A stretch of 64,000 bases of DNA from Psammoneis japonica (taxonomy: Eukaryota). The DNA is taken from the NCBI GenBank assembly GCA_008632985.1, contig QPGO01000269.1:1-64000 (forward strand). Direction: 5' to 3'. A program made the position numbers and the translations under genes. This document shows, in pieces, positions 11,701 through 24,382 of the stretch (positions are counted from its first letter, which is position 1; every line of letters starts with the position of its first letter). Under the pieces are notes generated by a model. The model ran no database searches. It saw nothing but the letters and a program-made list of their open reading frames with translations, and was not told the origin of the DNA.

Positions 11701-13935
11701 GGTGTGCTTGCCTGTGTTGCACTCAGTGAGATCACACTTGGATGCGGCCTTGAACTTGTCATTGCCTCAAATGGACCACCTTGGAGAAGACCTTGGATCT
11801 TTGGAAAATGGAGGTGCCCAAAGTGTGCATGCCATTCAAGGAGAGATTTCTGTCCAGCAGACAGGTTGAGATTGTCTGTGCTGCCAACATTGCTCAGATT
11901 GACTTGTGGCACATGAACAGAGCCAAGAGTTGCATGGTCAGCTGGTGAGTGGGAGGAGTGCTTGCCACACTTGAGCATGAGCTCTGGCATTTCATCCAAA
12001 ACAAACTTTGAACATCTTGCTGTTTCCCCAAAAATGAATTTTGACACCATCTTCATGGAAGAGATGCTGTGGAGAGAGCAGCCAAACCCTGGAGGTTGGT
12101 GCAAGACAGGCGCAGAGCTGAGCAGTGATGTTGTGGCCCTTTCTGACCTGAAAGGTCCATGTGACGGAGCCCTCGCCGGCAATGCACATGCCTTCAGCCA
12201 CTGCGCCAAGGATCAGCAGGGTTTGGCAGCACTTGATGGGGCCATCGAAATCATTCTTGTTGGGAGTGACAGCCTGCTGGGATGCACCAGCATCAAAGAT
12301 GACCTGGAGGTCACCCGGTCCAACATGGAAAAGGGCCCACTGGGGATCAGTGGTGAGACATGTGAGTGGGGTCTCCCCAGACATGGCACAAATCACAGCG
12401 GAGGAGGGCAGAACAGGAGATGCAGACAGATCATCCAAAGCTGGCTTTGGGGCATTGGCACAATCAATGAAACAGTGAGCATGACACAGGTCAGTGACAC
12501 CAAAAATGTCTGCACTCATGCAGTTGGTCTCATGGAATGTTTCAGCATCAAAGAAGCCTTTGTGGGAGGTCATGAGCTCCGTGCATGCGTCTTGGTGAAT
12601 TGGGTGCTGTGGTTGACACACATCAAAGGGGCGGCTTGAGACATGGGATCTGGTGGAAACATTTGCACAAGAATTCAAAACAAAATGTCAAAATGGAAGC
12701 TCTTGACATCAGATTGATCGGAGTCTTCAGACGTGTTCCAGTTCCATGTGATGCACAAAATGACATTCCCTTTTGAGCACAATTTGCGCAAGCTTCGTGT
12801 GTTGAGGTTGTTCATTAAAAACACTTGTGCATCTGGCTTTTGCATTTGATTTTGACTGTGTGCATTTAAATGATTTTTTCATCAGTGTTTTTATCTCCAC
12901 AGAACACACATCACAACATTTTTCTGTGGAAACAATGCTGACTGTGCTTGGGCACTTGCACTGCAGAGATTTCTGTGTGCAAGTTGACCACTGCTACAAA
13001 ATGCACACAGAAATGTTTTGTGACAACCTTCAAACAGCAACAACATGTGGATCTTCAAAAATTTTGGCAAAAATCATTCATTTTGTTACAACTCCTTTGT
13101 TGCAATGAAAAAAAATTGATTGCACACAAAAAAACAACAATGTGTGACTGCTGAAACTGGTCTTGTCAGTGTTGCAAAACATTGAATTTGTGTGAATCTG
13201 TGATTTTGGTGGTGAAAGCTCATTTGCAAGTCAGAGACCATGCAAGAATCACACAAATGCCATTTTTGTGCATGTTTTGGTTCACATGTGGCTGGAGAAC
13301 ACGTCTGCCACGGAAACTCAACAATCAAACAGCAACAATCAGCACAGAGACACGCAGGGTTGCTTGAGGGGGGGCAGTCTTGACTTGGTGGGGACTCGGA
13401 GAGTTCTAAACAACGCAATCTGGGTTTGATGTTGCAACAGTTAAAAACAATGACTCACAACAATGGCAGATCTGGGTCCGTGGATTGGCTCCGGTGGCGC
13501 CAGAAGAATGCACTTGCGTGCCTGTCAACGAGAAGGAGGAAGGCTCAGCCACATGCAGAATCAATGTTGACAGACTGGAGATGTCTGTCAAATCAATGGA
13601 CAATGATGCCATTTGAAATGGGTGATCAAAGACTTGTTCTTGATGACAGTCATGTTCAATGACAGTCACGTTCGATGAAAACGTGGTGGCTCGGGGCGCA
13701 GCTCAGGCAAAAGAAGCTGCGCACACTTCTTTTGAGCTCGATGACCACTTGTTGCACCAACGCATGACCAGAGATGTCAAAGGAGCAGAAGTTCAAGGTT
13801 GTAAACCAGTGGCTGTTGTTGTTGCAAAAGCTGTTGACTGAAAATTATGACTGCAATGGCGATCAGAGATTTTGATGGCGGATTTTGAAGTTGGAACACG
13901 CGAGATCGCGATAGCGCAGACATGCAGAATGACAG
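8800..13935 (-). mobile_element. Decayed Ty1/copia LTR retrotransposon (CoDi-like)
   Basis: Minus-strand order: protease (VIFDAGAS), GAG-pre-integrase (LLEWHAHFGHL), integrase (NAPHQSGVAECSI), RT (KSLCGLKQAP, VVHVND), RNase H (CFVDANFA). PPT gagagggag abuts TG at 8997. Direct repeats at ~8800-8997 and ~13745-13935. Many stops and frameshifts; probable nested AT-rich insert ~12680-13300. Confidence 0.88.
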
Positions 13936-14196
13936 GGAGGAGCCACATGTTGCGGTGGTATTCGTAGATCTACTCTCTAAGTTCACAATGAAGTCGCAAG
14001 GAACGACAAGGCAGCAATACAAGTCATGGATAACAAGTCGCTACTAGATTAATATGCGTATATTGCTAGATGAATGGTTGAGATACCGCCGACGCAAGAT
14101 ATCGCTCAACTCATCATAAATGTTGTTTCAACTTCTTTTGTCACCAGCCAATAGCCAATCATGTCAATGATTGCTATTGCAAATTGCAAACCCACT

Positions 14197-16902
14197 TCAA
14201 TTCCCCCAACACAGCAATATCCGATATGTAATATAAAACGCAAATGTAATAATAGCAAAGGACCATGCTCCGACCGATCTCTTTCTTTTCCTAATCATGC
14301 AACGATTCCAGAACGCAAGTTGTGTAGTGTTTCTCTGTTTTTTGTTTTTCAATTCTCTCATGTAACAAAATATAAAACATGCAGCCAGCCAGCAACCACT
14401 GCATGCGCCTACGGAGTCACCTAAAGCAGCCGTCAAGGTACTGCGCTTCTGAATCGTGTATTGTGCACTGGTTACAGCATCACATGGACTATTGTCAGAA
14501 ACAGTGAAGGTGACCAATGCATCGGCACACTCGAAACAACCAATGCCATCAGACAAGTCGACGATGCAATCGAAACCGGTGCCGACAACCGTGCAGTCAA
14601 CCGGAGTACCGCCATCAAGGCTATAATTCACGGCATATACGGTACCACTAGGTCCTCCACCCACACTGCCAGTAAACGTAAGACTATCCAAATGACCGCT
14701 GGGAGGGACTGTTGCGCATTGTCCAGATGGCACAGAGTTTAAGGAAATTGACAAGGGTGGAATGACAGTGCCAACATCCGAGCCAGAGTAAGTACACGTG
14801 GTGGCGGGATCAGCGGGAGTGCACAATGGGCAAGCATCCGTCACCTCTACGCGGACAGTGTAGTCGCCAGGATCAAGATTCATCACTGGGCTCGCACCCC
14901 AGGGGTCACCGGAATCATCCGTGACCGAAATGACTCGATCGCCGGGGACACTGTGCGCCCTGATGCTTCCCATGAGTTCATAAGAATAAGCGAGTCTGCC
15001 GAAGCAATCACCAGTCGCGTTAACATCGACAGAAATTGGGTCATAGACCGAGACGGTAGCCGTACCCTCCGCAGAGCATGTAACGCCCAGACTGATCTCA
15101 TTCGACACCACGACAGTCCCATCGACAGACCCAGCAGGCACTTCAGTTTTAAAACCTGACTGAGTCGTAGAACCGGTAATAGTGTAAGTAGAGCTGCTAT
15201 GCTGAAAAGTCCACGTGTAGGTGTAACCGCTTTCAGTTCCGCCGCCAGGGGTTGCCAAATAGTCAAAGCCAGTGTCGCAATGCTCTGTAAGGGTGGCACT
15301 GGCGGTGACGTCCGGATGAATATCGATAGGTTCGGAATCAGTCCCCGAGCAGGTAGGCAAGTCAATCTCCGTTACCACAACGCTCACCGAGTGTTGACCT
15401 GCACCAGCAACTTCAATGCCGTTGCAATCGGTAGAAATAGGATCCGGGCTGTCACCCACAAACCATTCACAAGTATAATCAGCCGTCGAGAAACCAGTGA
15501 CACCAACCGTCACACCATGCGCCGCTCCATTGCAATGATCTTCGGTGGTGATAATTGGCACAGGTGGAGTGCAGCGGGTAATGACAACATTGAGAGGCGT
15601 TTCGGAGCATTTGCACTTGGCCTTGTTGGCAGGGGTGGTACCGAGCTGGTACGCATCATAATTAGTATTTGGTGGTAGAGCAATGGTTTCAAAATCATCG
15701 GGGCAAAGCTTATTTGCATCGCCCGGAATCTTCCAACCAACGCAGTAAGGGACATTGACGACTTCAGAAGAAGAAGTGGAGCTGCCGGCGCCACATTGCA
15801 CTTTGATGGTGCCCGAGTTCACAACTCTCTCAACGTTTGCACCACCACCAATATCTCCACATTCATCACTCTCGGGAGCATCAAGGTCCTCAAGATCACC
15901 AACCCCACTCGTCGTAAACCACACATGGGTGCAAGTTCCGGCTTCTGCATTACCCTCCGAGCTCTGGTCGTACCAAATTCCAATATCACTGCGCTTCTCG
16001 TTGGAGCTGGTAACAAGTACAGTCTCGAGTTCACCAAAGAATGTCTGGTCCTCAACGCAAGAGAAGCACGGGGGGTCATAGCCAGCGGGGCATGGGACAA
16101 TATCGAGAGGTGTACCATCCTCGTCATGTGCACCTGTAATCGTGGATTTGGCAATTCTAACGTCGTTGGCCTTGCAATTGAGTGCATTTGGATCTTTAAT
16201 GTTGATAAGGCCCGCAAGCAGGACTGCATCTCCCATGCAACCAGTGTCCTGTGTCACGTCGCCATAAAGCTTCCGGTGGGCATGATGATGCCAGGGATCA
16301 AAGGGTTCACCGACATGGCGAAGGTGAGGGTGCTGCTTGTTTTATGAATATGGATAGCAACGACATGCATCGCCAGATTTCAAAGATGATTGGGTTCGAA
16401 GGTGTTCGCCGTGTTCGAGTGTGAAATTGAAAAGGGACGACGGATGACAGACACGAAAACCCGGGAAGAGTACATGACGTCATAGATTGAAAATGACGTC
16501 ATATATTCAAGATGACGTAGGCGAGAGAGAAGCGAGAGCAGATAGAGAGAGAAGCGAGAAGCGGAGCGAGCAAAGTGCCGATACGGTAGTACGAGCAGGT
16601 AAAGAGGCGAGAGAGCAAGAATAAGAGAGAGCAATAAGAAACGTTAGAAATGATCATTGCAAAGAGCAGTCAAGCACAAAAATGCAAACGATTGACACGC
16701 TTCTCATCACAAAGGCTCGTCGTGATGAGTGCGCGCGTCGCCGGGACGACTGCAAAAACAACGATACAAGACGGGCGCGGGTCCAGACAACATCAGCGAT
16801 GCGATGAAGAAGACGCACCTTCAGCTCCGAGGCCCATCCTCCTCCCACCATTGTGGCCAAAGCCACTCCAACTAGCATCGAATGCTTCGCGACAAGCTTC
16901 AT
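14197..16902 (-). CDS. Secreted Cys/Thr/Gly-rich protein with PKD/Ig-like beta repeats (exon 1 16902-16819; exon 2 from ~16335)
   Basis: Exon 1 MKLVAKHSMLVGVALATMVGGGWASELK is signal-peptide-like and ends at AAG|GTGCGT; phase-0 join to the 686-aa ORF via HRKL propeptide-like motif; YTCEW/YTYTW strand motifs. True C-terminus uncertain (may end near 14390). Confidence 0.8.
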
Positions 16903-17190
16903 CTGAATGGGAGAAAGGAAGCAAGTGTAAAGTTAGTGGGCGCCAAGCGTCAGACGAGCAACAACAGCACGATCAAGTTTGAGGCAGCTTACCCTTTTCG
17001 TAAGTCTTTTTCTTACTTGCTGTGCTTCCTTTCGCTGAAAATCTTTGAAGAAAAAAGCAGTGCTGTGTTGGACACATGTGTGCAATTGGTGGCGATCAAG
17101 TGGACAGGACGCACGGATGCCATGATGAACAAACGATGCAATGGCCGAGGCACACGAGAAGGAATGCGAAAAGGAGATGTCACTTGGATT

Positions 17191-17406
17191 TGGTCGTGCG
17201 AACCCTCGTGTCATCGTGCGAACTCGAACTGTAAAGACGAGAACGACAAGCAATGTAAAGTTGACAAACTTGATTTTCATGCGGCACGAAGAGTACGATA
17301 AAGGGAAGGAAAGATGATCAAACGAAAGAATGACAAAGGTTGGGGTGAATGTGGTTGGGTCTGGTCGTGCGAACCCTCGTGTCACCTTTTGCGAACCCTC
17401 GTGTCA
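17191..17406. promoter_or_regulatory. Three copies of tgcgaaccctcgtgtca upstream of the secreted-protein gene
   Basis: 23-bp tggtcgtgcgaaccctcgtgtca at 17191 and 17362; 17-bp core again at 17390. Regulatory role is inferred. Confidence 0.45.
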
Positions 17407-18024
17407 AGAACACGATTGCCTGTCCATGAAGTGGATGAACGATCGTCGATGAAATGAATGGCATGGAAAACGGCCGCGACGAATAGAGGAGCCGCTAGTG
17501 GTGTTGTCTGTCGACGCACGATACAATTGGAATGCGATTGCGAGACGAATGCGGTCTACAGTCGTGGCACTTTGCAAGTAAAAGAAGAATCACAGTGGCA
17601 ATGTGGAAAAGGACAAGACGTGACGATCCGAATCAAACAATCGTGTCCGAACTCCACGTTCAAGCAACGACGAATCGATCATGTTGTGGCCTCGTTGTGC
17701 TGTTACGACGAACGAAGAATTCATGTGGTATTTTCGATCAAATCGGAGAGTTAAGAGGCAGCATAGTGTGGTCAAGCAGTGGGTAAAATCAATCGTGTGC
17801 CCGGACCATGCGAACTGCTGTCAAGTGATGCAAAACACTGCAATCCGCCTCTCTTTCGTGGAATCTCTGTGGCATTCCTGTGGACATGACGATTGCACGA
17901 CACTCAAGAAGCAAGCAGACTCAGTGTGCTTTGATGAACGATTGAACTCACTCTCGTTGTATTTTGTTGTTTTGCTGTGTTTTGTTTTTTGTTTTTATGA
18001 GAACGCCTGATGTGATTGAGGTGT

Positions 18025-18620
18025 TCTGCGAGAGATCCTCCATTCAGTGCCGGTTCTGTCACAACAGGTAGAATCTACGAGCATTTGTACCAGAGACGTA
18101 GAAGGAGTTCGTAATCGCAACATTTAACAATCCAGCCAAAATCGATCTGTCCTTTCTATGCTCTAGCACTACTCTAGGCCCCACTAGCTACTCTCTAGAG
18201 CTGGGGCCCTACTGGAGTCAGTCTCGGTAGCTTTCCAAAGCATTCAAAGGCGGAGAAATCCAAGCTCTGCTTTGACGCACGTTCTGACATCTTTTTTCCA
18301 GTGAATGTTAAATGTCCAGTCTTCATCCTGTCTAGGAATCTCGCCGTGCAGTTCTCCTAGATGCATTGCCCCACTGTCAGGTTTTGAGAGACGAATGGGA
18401 CTAACATTTATCGGCTGTTATTTTTCATGAAAATGTCTCTAGCAGGAGCTAGCTAATCTATCCAATGTATTCAAAAATGCCGAGATGCCCTGGCCATTTA
18501 ACGAAACTTATATCTTGTCCAACAAATGTTTTGAATGGCCTTTTTCTGTCATGTTCACGATCCTCGCTCTCCCTTTCTAGTACGACCAAACACAACATCA
18601 GTCACGAACACTGTCTAAAA
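18025..18620 (+). repeat. Dispersed repeat paralogous to 3222-3320 and 4660-5090
   Basis: gcgagagatc...ccggttctgtcacaaca(a)ggtagaatctac shared with 3222-3275; downstream part aligns to 4660 onward. Confidence 0.8.
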
Positions 18621-18849
18621 TTTACTGTGAGAAAAGGCTACGAGCAATGTCTCAATCTCATTCGGATTTCTGTCAGGGAACTTTCCACGGAACGTTCTTT
18701 CTGGCAGGGTGTCAAAGTCCCGGTCATTCGAATCTTCCGAATCTACTCTTGATGACGCACTCATGACGTGGAGGTTCACTTCATCCTGTTTGCCTTCGAA
18801 AAATGCAACACAGTGCCTTGCGAGACATGTTTTCCCAAAAAAAGCACTC

Positions 18850-21014
18850 CAGATTCAGAAGTGTTGTTTGTGGCATCATCTCAAGAAACCAGAGAGCATG
18901 AAGATCCAATCGCCACTTGGGTCCAAGAAGGGAACAAAGACCTCAAGCTCTGTCCTCTCATTGAGGAAAATCAGAGCACCAAGGATGACGAGCTCAAGGA
19001 TGTTCTCTGCGACATTGTGCCTTGCAAATGGCAGCACCAGTCAACTCTTCAATGTTTTGAAATTTTGAAACACATGCCTTTAATGAGTTGGTCAAGTTTT
19101 TGTGGAGCACATCTGGAGGTTGCCACCGAAGGATGTCTTTGACTCCACCCATGTCAAGGCTGATGCAAGCAATGAACCTGGATCAAAAGCCAATGATGGG
19201 TCTAATCATGGACCCAGATTGGTTGCCAATCTGGCACCAAAAAACAATCTGAGTGGTGTGCACATGCCCTTTTTCACTCAAAAACATTGTTTTTGTGGTG
19301 TGTCAAACATCTGAGACATTTTGTTTAAATGATTGCGTCAATGGCTTTTAAGCAGCAAAACATGCAGATGGAATTTGAACCAAGCAACAGCCAAAATGGC
19401 CATGGCTTTCAGGGACCATGACGGCCTGCTTTTTTCAACCTTGTGGAAAATTTTTAATGACGCAGCGAGGGCCGCAGCATTTTGTGCAGTTTGTGTCATC
19501 AATGACAACAGTGAGGGTGCTTGTTGCAGGCTGCAGTGCAGCACAAGAGGACTGGTCTGTGAGCAACAGCAGTTGAGCCTCATTTCACTCACAATTTGCC
19601 TCTGAGGATGAGCCTTTTTCCATTGCCATGTGTGTCACACCTCCAAAGTGTCGACTGACAAAAGTGGTTCAGTCGTTTGTGTCAACATGGCAGTGAAATG
19701 GGGTCCAAAGTCAATGCCATTGCATGGGCTGACTTTATTTCTTCTCATGTCTTCCAAAAATTGGCAATCAACAAATGTTTTGTTTGGTCTGTTGAGAGTG
19801 AGTTGCACTTGCACATTTTGACAAAAGTGCTTCATGCAATGTTCAAGGGTTGATTTGCACATGTGACAACTTTTGCTTTGTGTTTTTGTGCGCACATGAT
19901 TGCGGTCATAAATTGCTTGTCAGAAACCAAGCTCTCATTTTGGGGCACAATTTGGCAACCAACAACTCAATCCACCCTCAGTTTTGAATGCATGGGTGCA
20001 TGCACGAATGCACGAGACCTTTTCTGCATGCACCCACAACAACACATTTGAAGATTGTCATGTTTGAACTTTTGAAAATTGCATCAAAAGTTTGGACCAT
20101 GCATTTCATGCAAAAAGGGGCATTTTTTGCACCTGTGTGCACCCAAGTCTGGAGCAAGTCTCCAACAAGCTGTGCAGCTGTTGTGAAAAACCACTCATGA
20201 CACGGAAAAGTGCTTGGTCACCAAAAGACACCAGCAAAAAAAATGACGTGGGAATTGCAGGCATGATCCAAAGTGGCATTGTTCAAATGTCAATCACATG
20301 TGGTCACATTGCAATGATGAAAATGCTGCTCACAAAGAAGAGTTAAATGCTGCGGTCATTCAGGCAGTTCAAAAAACACTCAAGACAAGTGCTTTGAACA
20401 AAAATGCAAATTGCCAGAGCAAAAAGTGTGGCTCTGACCCCCTCAGTGAAAAAAACTGTCATCAATTTGAAAAACTGATGTGCAGCAATTCTAAAGGATG
20501 ACCAGCTCCGCTTCAGAGATCTTGCACCCTGACAGACATTGGGAAGCCCAGAAAAAGGGTCAAAGTGATTTGCACTGGTCCAGCAGTCATCTCTTGCATG
20601 AACACCTCAGGTGAAGCAAAAAATGAGCCTCTGTGCATTCTCCTTGAGACAGCAGAATGTCGTCAACCACAATTTGCACAAATTCATGCAGAAACTGAGA
20701 ACAAAATTTTCCACAACCAAATTTGGGAAACCAAAGGAGGGCTCTTCAGGAATGATGGTCAGTGTAAAATCCAGCTCCCTTTGCTGGAATTTGACAAACA
20801 TGTGATGATGGAGACAACAGCACATGTTGACAACACCCCTTCTTCTTTGAGTCATTGTGACATGATCATGGAATGCAACTTGATGGCCAGTCTTGAGATC
20901 ACATTGGACTTTGCAAACAAAGAAATCAAATGGGAGGATGCAACCACACCCATGAAGAATGTTGACACACTCTCAAGTGCTGATGTTTTCAAGTTGATCA
21001 TCAGAGACCTGTAG
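18850..21014 (+). mobile_element. Decayed Ty3/gypsy gag-protease fragment with an internal insertion
   Basis: DDELKDVLCDIVPCKW gag-like segment; WETKGG...LLEFD...VD...CDMIMECNLMASLEITLDF...IKW...PMK matches the retropepsin C-terminal YDMIIGRDL pattern. Confidence 0.7.
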
Positions 21015-21465
21015 AAATGGCCTTGAGTCACAGGCCATCGAACCCCACCATCTCATGGCGTGCCCACGCGCGCAAACACTGGGTGCTCCCCCTCCTGATT
21101 TAATTTGACATTCACTTGTTAGCGCCAAAATGTTTTCACACTTTGCTGATTGCCATGTCACTCAATTGTTGCTCCCAGACATGTTTTGTTCAATTGGCAC
21201 TTGTTGACTTGAATGCCAACATGCCAAGTCACATGGCTGCATCATCTCATTGACGGTGGACAGTTGCATTGTGTCCCAACTGAAAAATGTTTATTTTCAC
21301 ATTGCATGTGGCATTTTTGCCAAAAGTTCTGCATTTCCATCCTCATTCTGGATGTCAATCATTCCGCCAAATTTTCACCTTTTTCTGTGTCCCCTCCACA
21401 ATCCCTCCTCACCGGCAAATCACAATGTTTCATTTGCACCATTCACCTGAGCAATCACGCATGGG

Positions 21466-21665
21466 AACATGGAATTCTTCTGCAGAGCAAAACACCAGCA
21501 GCAGCAGTTTGTCAGCTGTGGCCGGTCTGTCAGCTGGCTGTTGCATGTGAGCCACCACCACACTGTAAAAAATGGAGATGCACAAACAAACAAAATTTTG
21601 CTGTGTGTCACCCTGTCACATTGTGCAGAAAACCAGTCTGCAAAAAAGATCACCCAAGCACATTG

Positions 21666-21717
<52 letters not shown>

Positions 21718-22239
21718 GCACAGATCTGATGATGATTTTTTGTTGGCTGGGGGCTGTCTGCTCAGCAAGTGCATGTGTGAGGAGCCCACATGCAATGTTG
21801 CCTGGCTGTGCAGTGATCATGACAGATGCTGCAGCAGGACAATGAAACTGGGTCACACAGATGGGAAATTGGGCAGGTTTGGGGGGAGGGGTGGCAAGGT
21901 GCATGTGTGCAGCTTTGCTTGGTGGAGCAGTGAGACCAAGTTGGTCCACAAGAGACATGGCAACAACCACAAGGCTGGGGCTCCAGAAGCCCCACCAGAG
22001 TGGCATGGTGGAGTGATGAGTGAGACCCAAGTGGGTCACAGATGGAGCATTTTTCCATGCTGTGATGGCAGCTTGGAAGATGGCAGAGGGGTGAGAGCAT
22101 TGGCCACAGGTGTGTGCAGCATGGGCTGCCGGGTGCTGGAAGGAGGATTCAGAATTTCAAGGTGGAGCTGGGTGAGCTGGCACTGGATGATGATGGTCAG
22201 CACCAAATGGCGCAGGCAGTGGGAGAAGCATCCGGGGGC
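21466..22239 (+). repeat. ~770-bp direct repeat, copy A (contains (GA)n(GACA)n at ~21668-21717)
   Basis: Colinear with 27513-28278, e.g. shared caggtgtgtgcagcatgggctgccgggtgctggaaggaggattcagaatttcaaggtggagc. Confidence 0.88.
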
Positions 22240-22811
22240 ACTCTCCACAGTGAGACCATGCATTGATCATTTTGACCAAGCCCAAAGGTTGCCACATGGA
22301 CTCATGCAGAAGTCAGATGGATGTTTTGTTGCAATGCCTCTGGAATCCCAGCATGAATCTGCATGCACAAAAAAATTTCTGTGGAGAACTCTGCAGGAAA
22401 CATGCCAGGAGGCATGGCAACAAATTGTCTGCATGCAGCCCTGGCACATTGTCTGTCTTGCTTCCACAAGAGTCATCTGTGAGGACACAACATTGTGTGT
22501 GCACAATGCATGCAACAACAGTCAACACATGGACTCATGATGGAGAGTGATCCACCCAGGGGGGCATTGAGGTGATGGTCAATGGTGAATGGGATGAAAT
22601 GCTGCACCATCACGCAGCGAGACCTGTCCAAACTGGACCATGCCTGTGCACATGCCTGATGTCATGAAGCCTTTTTGCAGACATCACCATGTCACACCCA
22701 TGCAGTGCTTTCCCAACTGCATCACACTTTCATGCACACCCCCACTTCATCCACACAAGAATGTGTCGCTGCCCTGATTTTGTGTTGTTTGCACTGATGA
22801 AGGTTGATCAT

Positions 22812-24382
22812 TTGTCAACGGGGACCCCCCCGTAAGTCTGTGCATTGACCGTGGATGCTTCTGCCCTGTGACAAATGTGCAATGTGTTTCCCACCACAAA
22901 AACATCAAACCAACCATGAAGATTGCAGAGGCCACAACGTTTCTTGTCACTGCATTTTTGGCCAGCTTGCAAGGTGTGTGGATGGATCCTCACTTTGCAC
23001 ATGAGGCACTGCAGCATGGTGGCTTTCTGGACTTCACAAGTCCAGAATCTCATCTGCCCTCTGATGCACCTCAAAGTTGGTTGCAGCCCCATGCACCAAC
23101 AACTGCTGCAAGGGATGTGGGATGTGCTGATGCGCTGTCGCTCGGTCCGGTGACAACTCCAGTGCAGATGCCATGAAGCACAGGAGTCAAAGAGTGTTTG
23201 CTTCTGAGGATGCAATGATTTCCAGAGAGCATCCATTCAATGATGATCAGAAACAGGCTGTCCAAGAAAACTCAATGCGATGGGCATGTTGGGCATTTTA
23301 CTGCACGGGAGTCACTCAAGCATCAACGACCTTTTGAGACATCAATGCAACGCTTCACAGATCATTGCCATTGGAAGAAACCCAGAATCAACAGTTGTAG
23401 AATGACAACCTGGATTGTCCCAGAGCTGTGGCAAATGCTCTGTCACGCCAACAAAAACAGCAGTGCTTCTAGTCACAGCATGGTTGTCCCAGCTCTGCAC
23501 ACTTTTGCAGTGGTCCTTGCCCTTGCCGTTCTCTGATGGGTGGGCATTGCGAACATCCCAAAGGATTCTTTGGTTTCCATTGCCTCTGACAATGCATGCA
23601 TTTGCTTGACACTGCCAATCCACAAAAGACACCGTTTGTGGTCACTTTTGTGTTCAAAACTTCTCCATCAACAAAGAGACAGCAAGGGGCATTCCATGCC
23701 TCCCACTTGTGACTCTTCGTTCATTTCTTTTCATCATTTGGGTGGCCTTGGTGGAGGCTCATGTTTTGTTGCTGCTCAGCAATGGGGACATTTGAGACAC
23801 ACAATTCTTGTCATCACAAAAATCTTTCTGCTGTCAATCCTTTTGATCAAATCTCACCCATGGAATCAGAACAAATGATTTGCAGGAAAGGATCAACAAC
23901 ATGACAGCGGCAACAACCAAAGAAACATTTGTGAGACACGAGACGTTGACGCAACACCACAAAGAACATTGACATTTTGCGACTTGCTCCTGGCACTGAA
24001 GCTCTTGTTTTCTTCCATGCCAGCACCATGCATCATGTGCCAGGATTGCATGCTTCTTTTGTCACTTTTTTCTTTCATTTGGCTGGGCTTGGACGAGTTT
24101 GGCGCATCATTGCTTGGTGAGACGGCAACATTCAGAACCACAATTGTCATCATTGAAAAAACACTTTCACCTGGCAATCCTTTTCTCACCAAAACTTGGT
24201 GGCAGGAGCAGAACAAACGATTTGTTGAAAAGGATTGCCAGCAGAACAGCTGGAACAAGGTTGGCATGCAACAGACTGAAACAGAAATTGTCGCGGTGAC
24301 AACACAAGAAGGGTTGCGTTTCACTTGCAAAAAATGCTCCATCAGATGGTCATACAGACTTGCGGGGGGTTCCCATTGACAA
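22812..24382. mobile_element. ~1.6-kb TIR DNA-transposon relic, superfamily unresolved
   Basis: ttgtcaacggggacccccccgtaagtctgt versus reverse complement of acagacttgcggggggttcccattgacaa (~30-bp imperfect TIR). Confidence 0.7.

Noticed and set aside
8800..13935. Alternative genetic code or RNA editing as the explanation of Y->C/H motifs
   Set aside because: Neighbouring genes use TAY for conserved Tyr; the changes occur on both strands and in non-coding DNA-transposon ends.
14197..14395. TAG->TGG stop loss explaining the odd C-terminal tail after GACSGC
   Set aside because: Surrounding DNA retains TA, and an unrecognised intron is equally plausible; cannot be supported from the sequence alone.
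16933..17385. MKIKFVNFTLLVVLVF as alternative signal-peptide exon
   Set aside because: No convincing in-phase donor; the 16902-16819 exon fits better.
23342..23632. piggyBac-like WxDN and FVD..NA motifs in the TIR relic
   Set aside because: Motif order is reversed relative to piggyBac and no TTAA TSD is evident; left unclassified.
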